Shown here: positions 63,386 through 64,000 of the stretch, piece by piece | Layout: every line of letters starts with the position of its first letter | How positions within the stretch are numbered: the stretch's first letter is position 1 | NCBI GenBank assembly: GCA_965235115.1 | Contig: OZ249442.1 | Coordinates: forward strand, 5,146,001 to 5,210,000 | Direction of reading: 5' to 3' | DNA length: 64,000 nucleotides | Source of the DNA: Laetmonice hystrix | Lineage: Eukaryota | The notes under the pieces: generated by a model | What the model was told of the DNA's origin: nothing | Database searches by the model: none | What the model saw: the letters and a program-made list of their open reading frames with translations, nothing else | Program-made: the position numbers and the translations under genes

Positions 63386-63505
63386 TTAGTATAGACCTAT
63401 CTGTACATCGGAGATACATCCATTAGTATAGGTCTACCTATCTGTACATCGGAGATACATCCATTAGTATAGGTCTACCTATCTGTACATCGGAGATACA
63501 TCTAT
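63386..63505. repeat. 41-bp tandem repeat, ~3 copies
   Basis: Unit TTAGTATAGGTCTACCTATCTGTACATCGGAGATACATCCA. Confidence 0.9.
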
Positions 63506-64000
63506 AGTATATAGGTTTACCTGTGTAGTCTGACGAGACGCCCGTAGACAGGGGGGGGGGTGTCATTCTCGGGGGGGGGGGGGGGGGGTTGGGGACAGAA
63601 ATGATGGACATAGTACTTGTGTCGGCAATGTTTTTGGAGCGAACATCTCGACCCCACAGAACGTTGGCTGAGAACAGGCCAACCAGAGCCATGATCGCGT
63701 TCAGTAACCATGACGTTTCCGAGAACGTGAACTTCGTGACGGTACGTTCCATGTATAGATCATGACGTGATGTCTCTTCACACCCTGGCTGTATGCAGAC
63801 GGTCACGTCTTTACGTCAGACTACAGAGTTATACTCTATCTGATGGGACCCCAGTGTGGGACATCCTGAAACACACGTTCCCACCTGCCTGTCGTGCAGT
63901 GCCTCATGCGTGAACAACTGCAGCTGATATCGTCCAAGTCTATTGATCCCAATCCAACAGAGAAACAATGCAACAAATCAAACCAGAATTGATTTCATCG

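Overview
Eukaryotic, intron-rich invertebrate metazoan DNA (an echinoderm-like origin is only my inference from composition). There are no prokaryotic operons, rRNA or CRISPR arrays. I rebuilt three genes exon by exon from GT-AG boundaries and codon phase. BANP (minus, 16068-22707) is head-to-head with a KDELC/POGLUT2-3 protein O-glucosyltransferase (plus, 24492-29769, ending in KDEL). ZC3H3 (plus, 33281-39992) is head-to-head with a small DUF4523/TEX56-like RRM gene (minus, ~31156-32800). Exons of two unidentified genes are likely at 312-3137 (+) and ~48600-55035 (-). The rest is about 15 minisatellites, many MITE-type elements (Kolobok-like, hAT-like, CTAACC-cored, foldback), a tRNA-derived SINE fragment and a 166-nt N gap. 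All very long ORFs in the track except 34412-36217 are repeat artefacts. The most unusual observation is that tandem arrays are built from splice junctions. A 49-bp array multiplies the POGLUT exon-6 acceptor ~28 times, and only the last copy is productive. A 53-bp array multiplies a putative donor 27 times; only the first copy keeps the frame I infer, and it is one of the two weakest. Two further arrays are weaker candidates. A near-consensus BANP-binding motif also lies in the promoter shared by BANP and POGLUT. Family assignments rest on recalled protein motifs; no database search was run.
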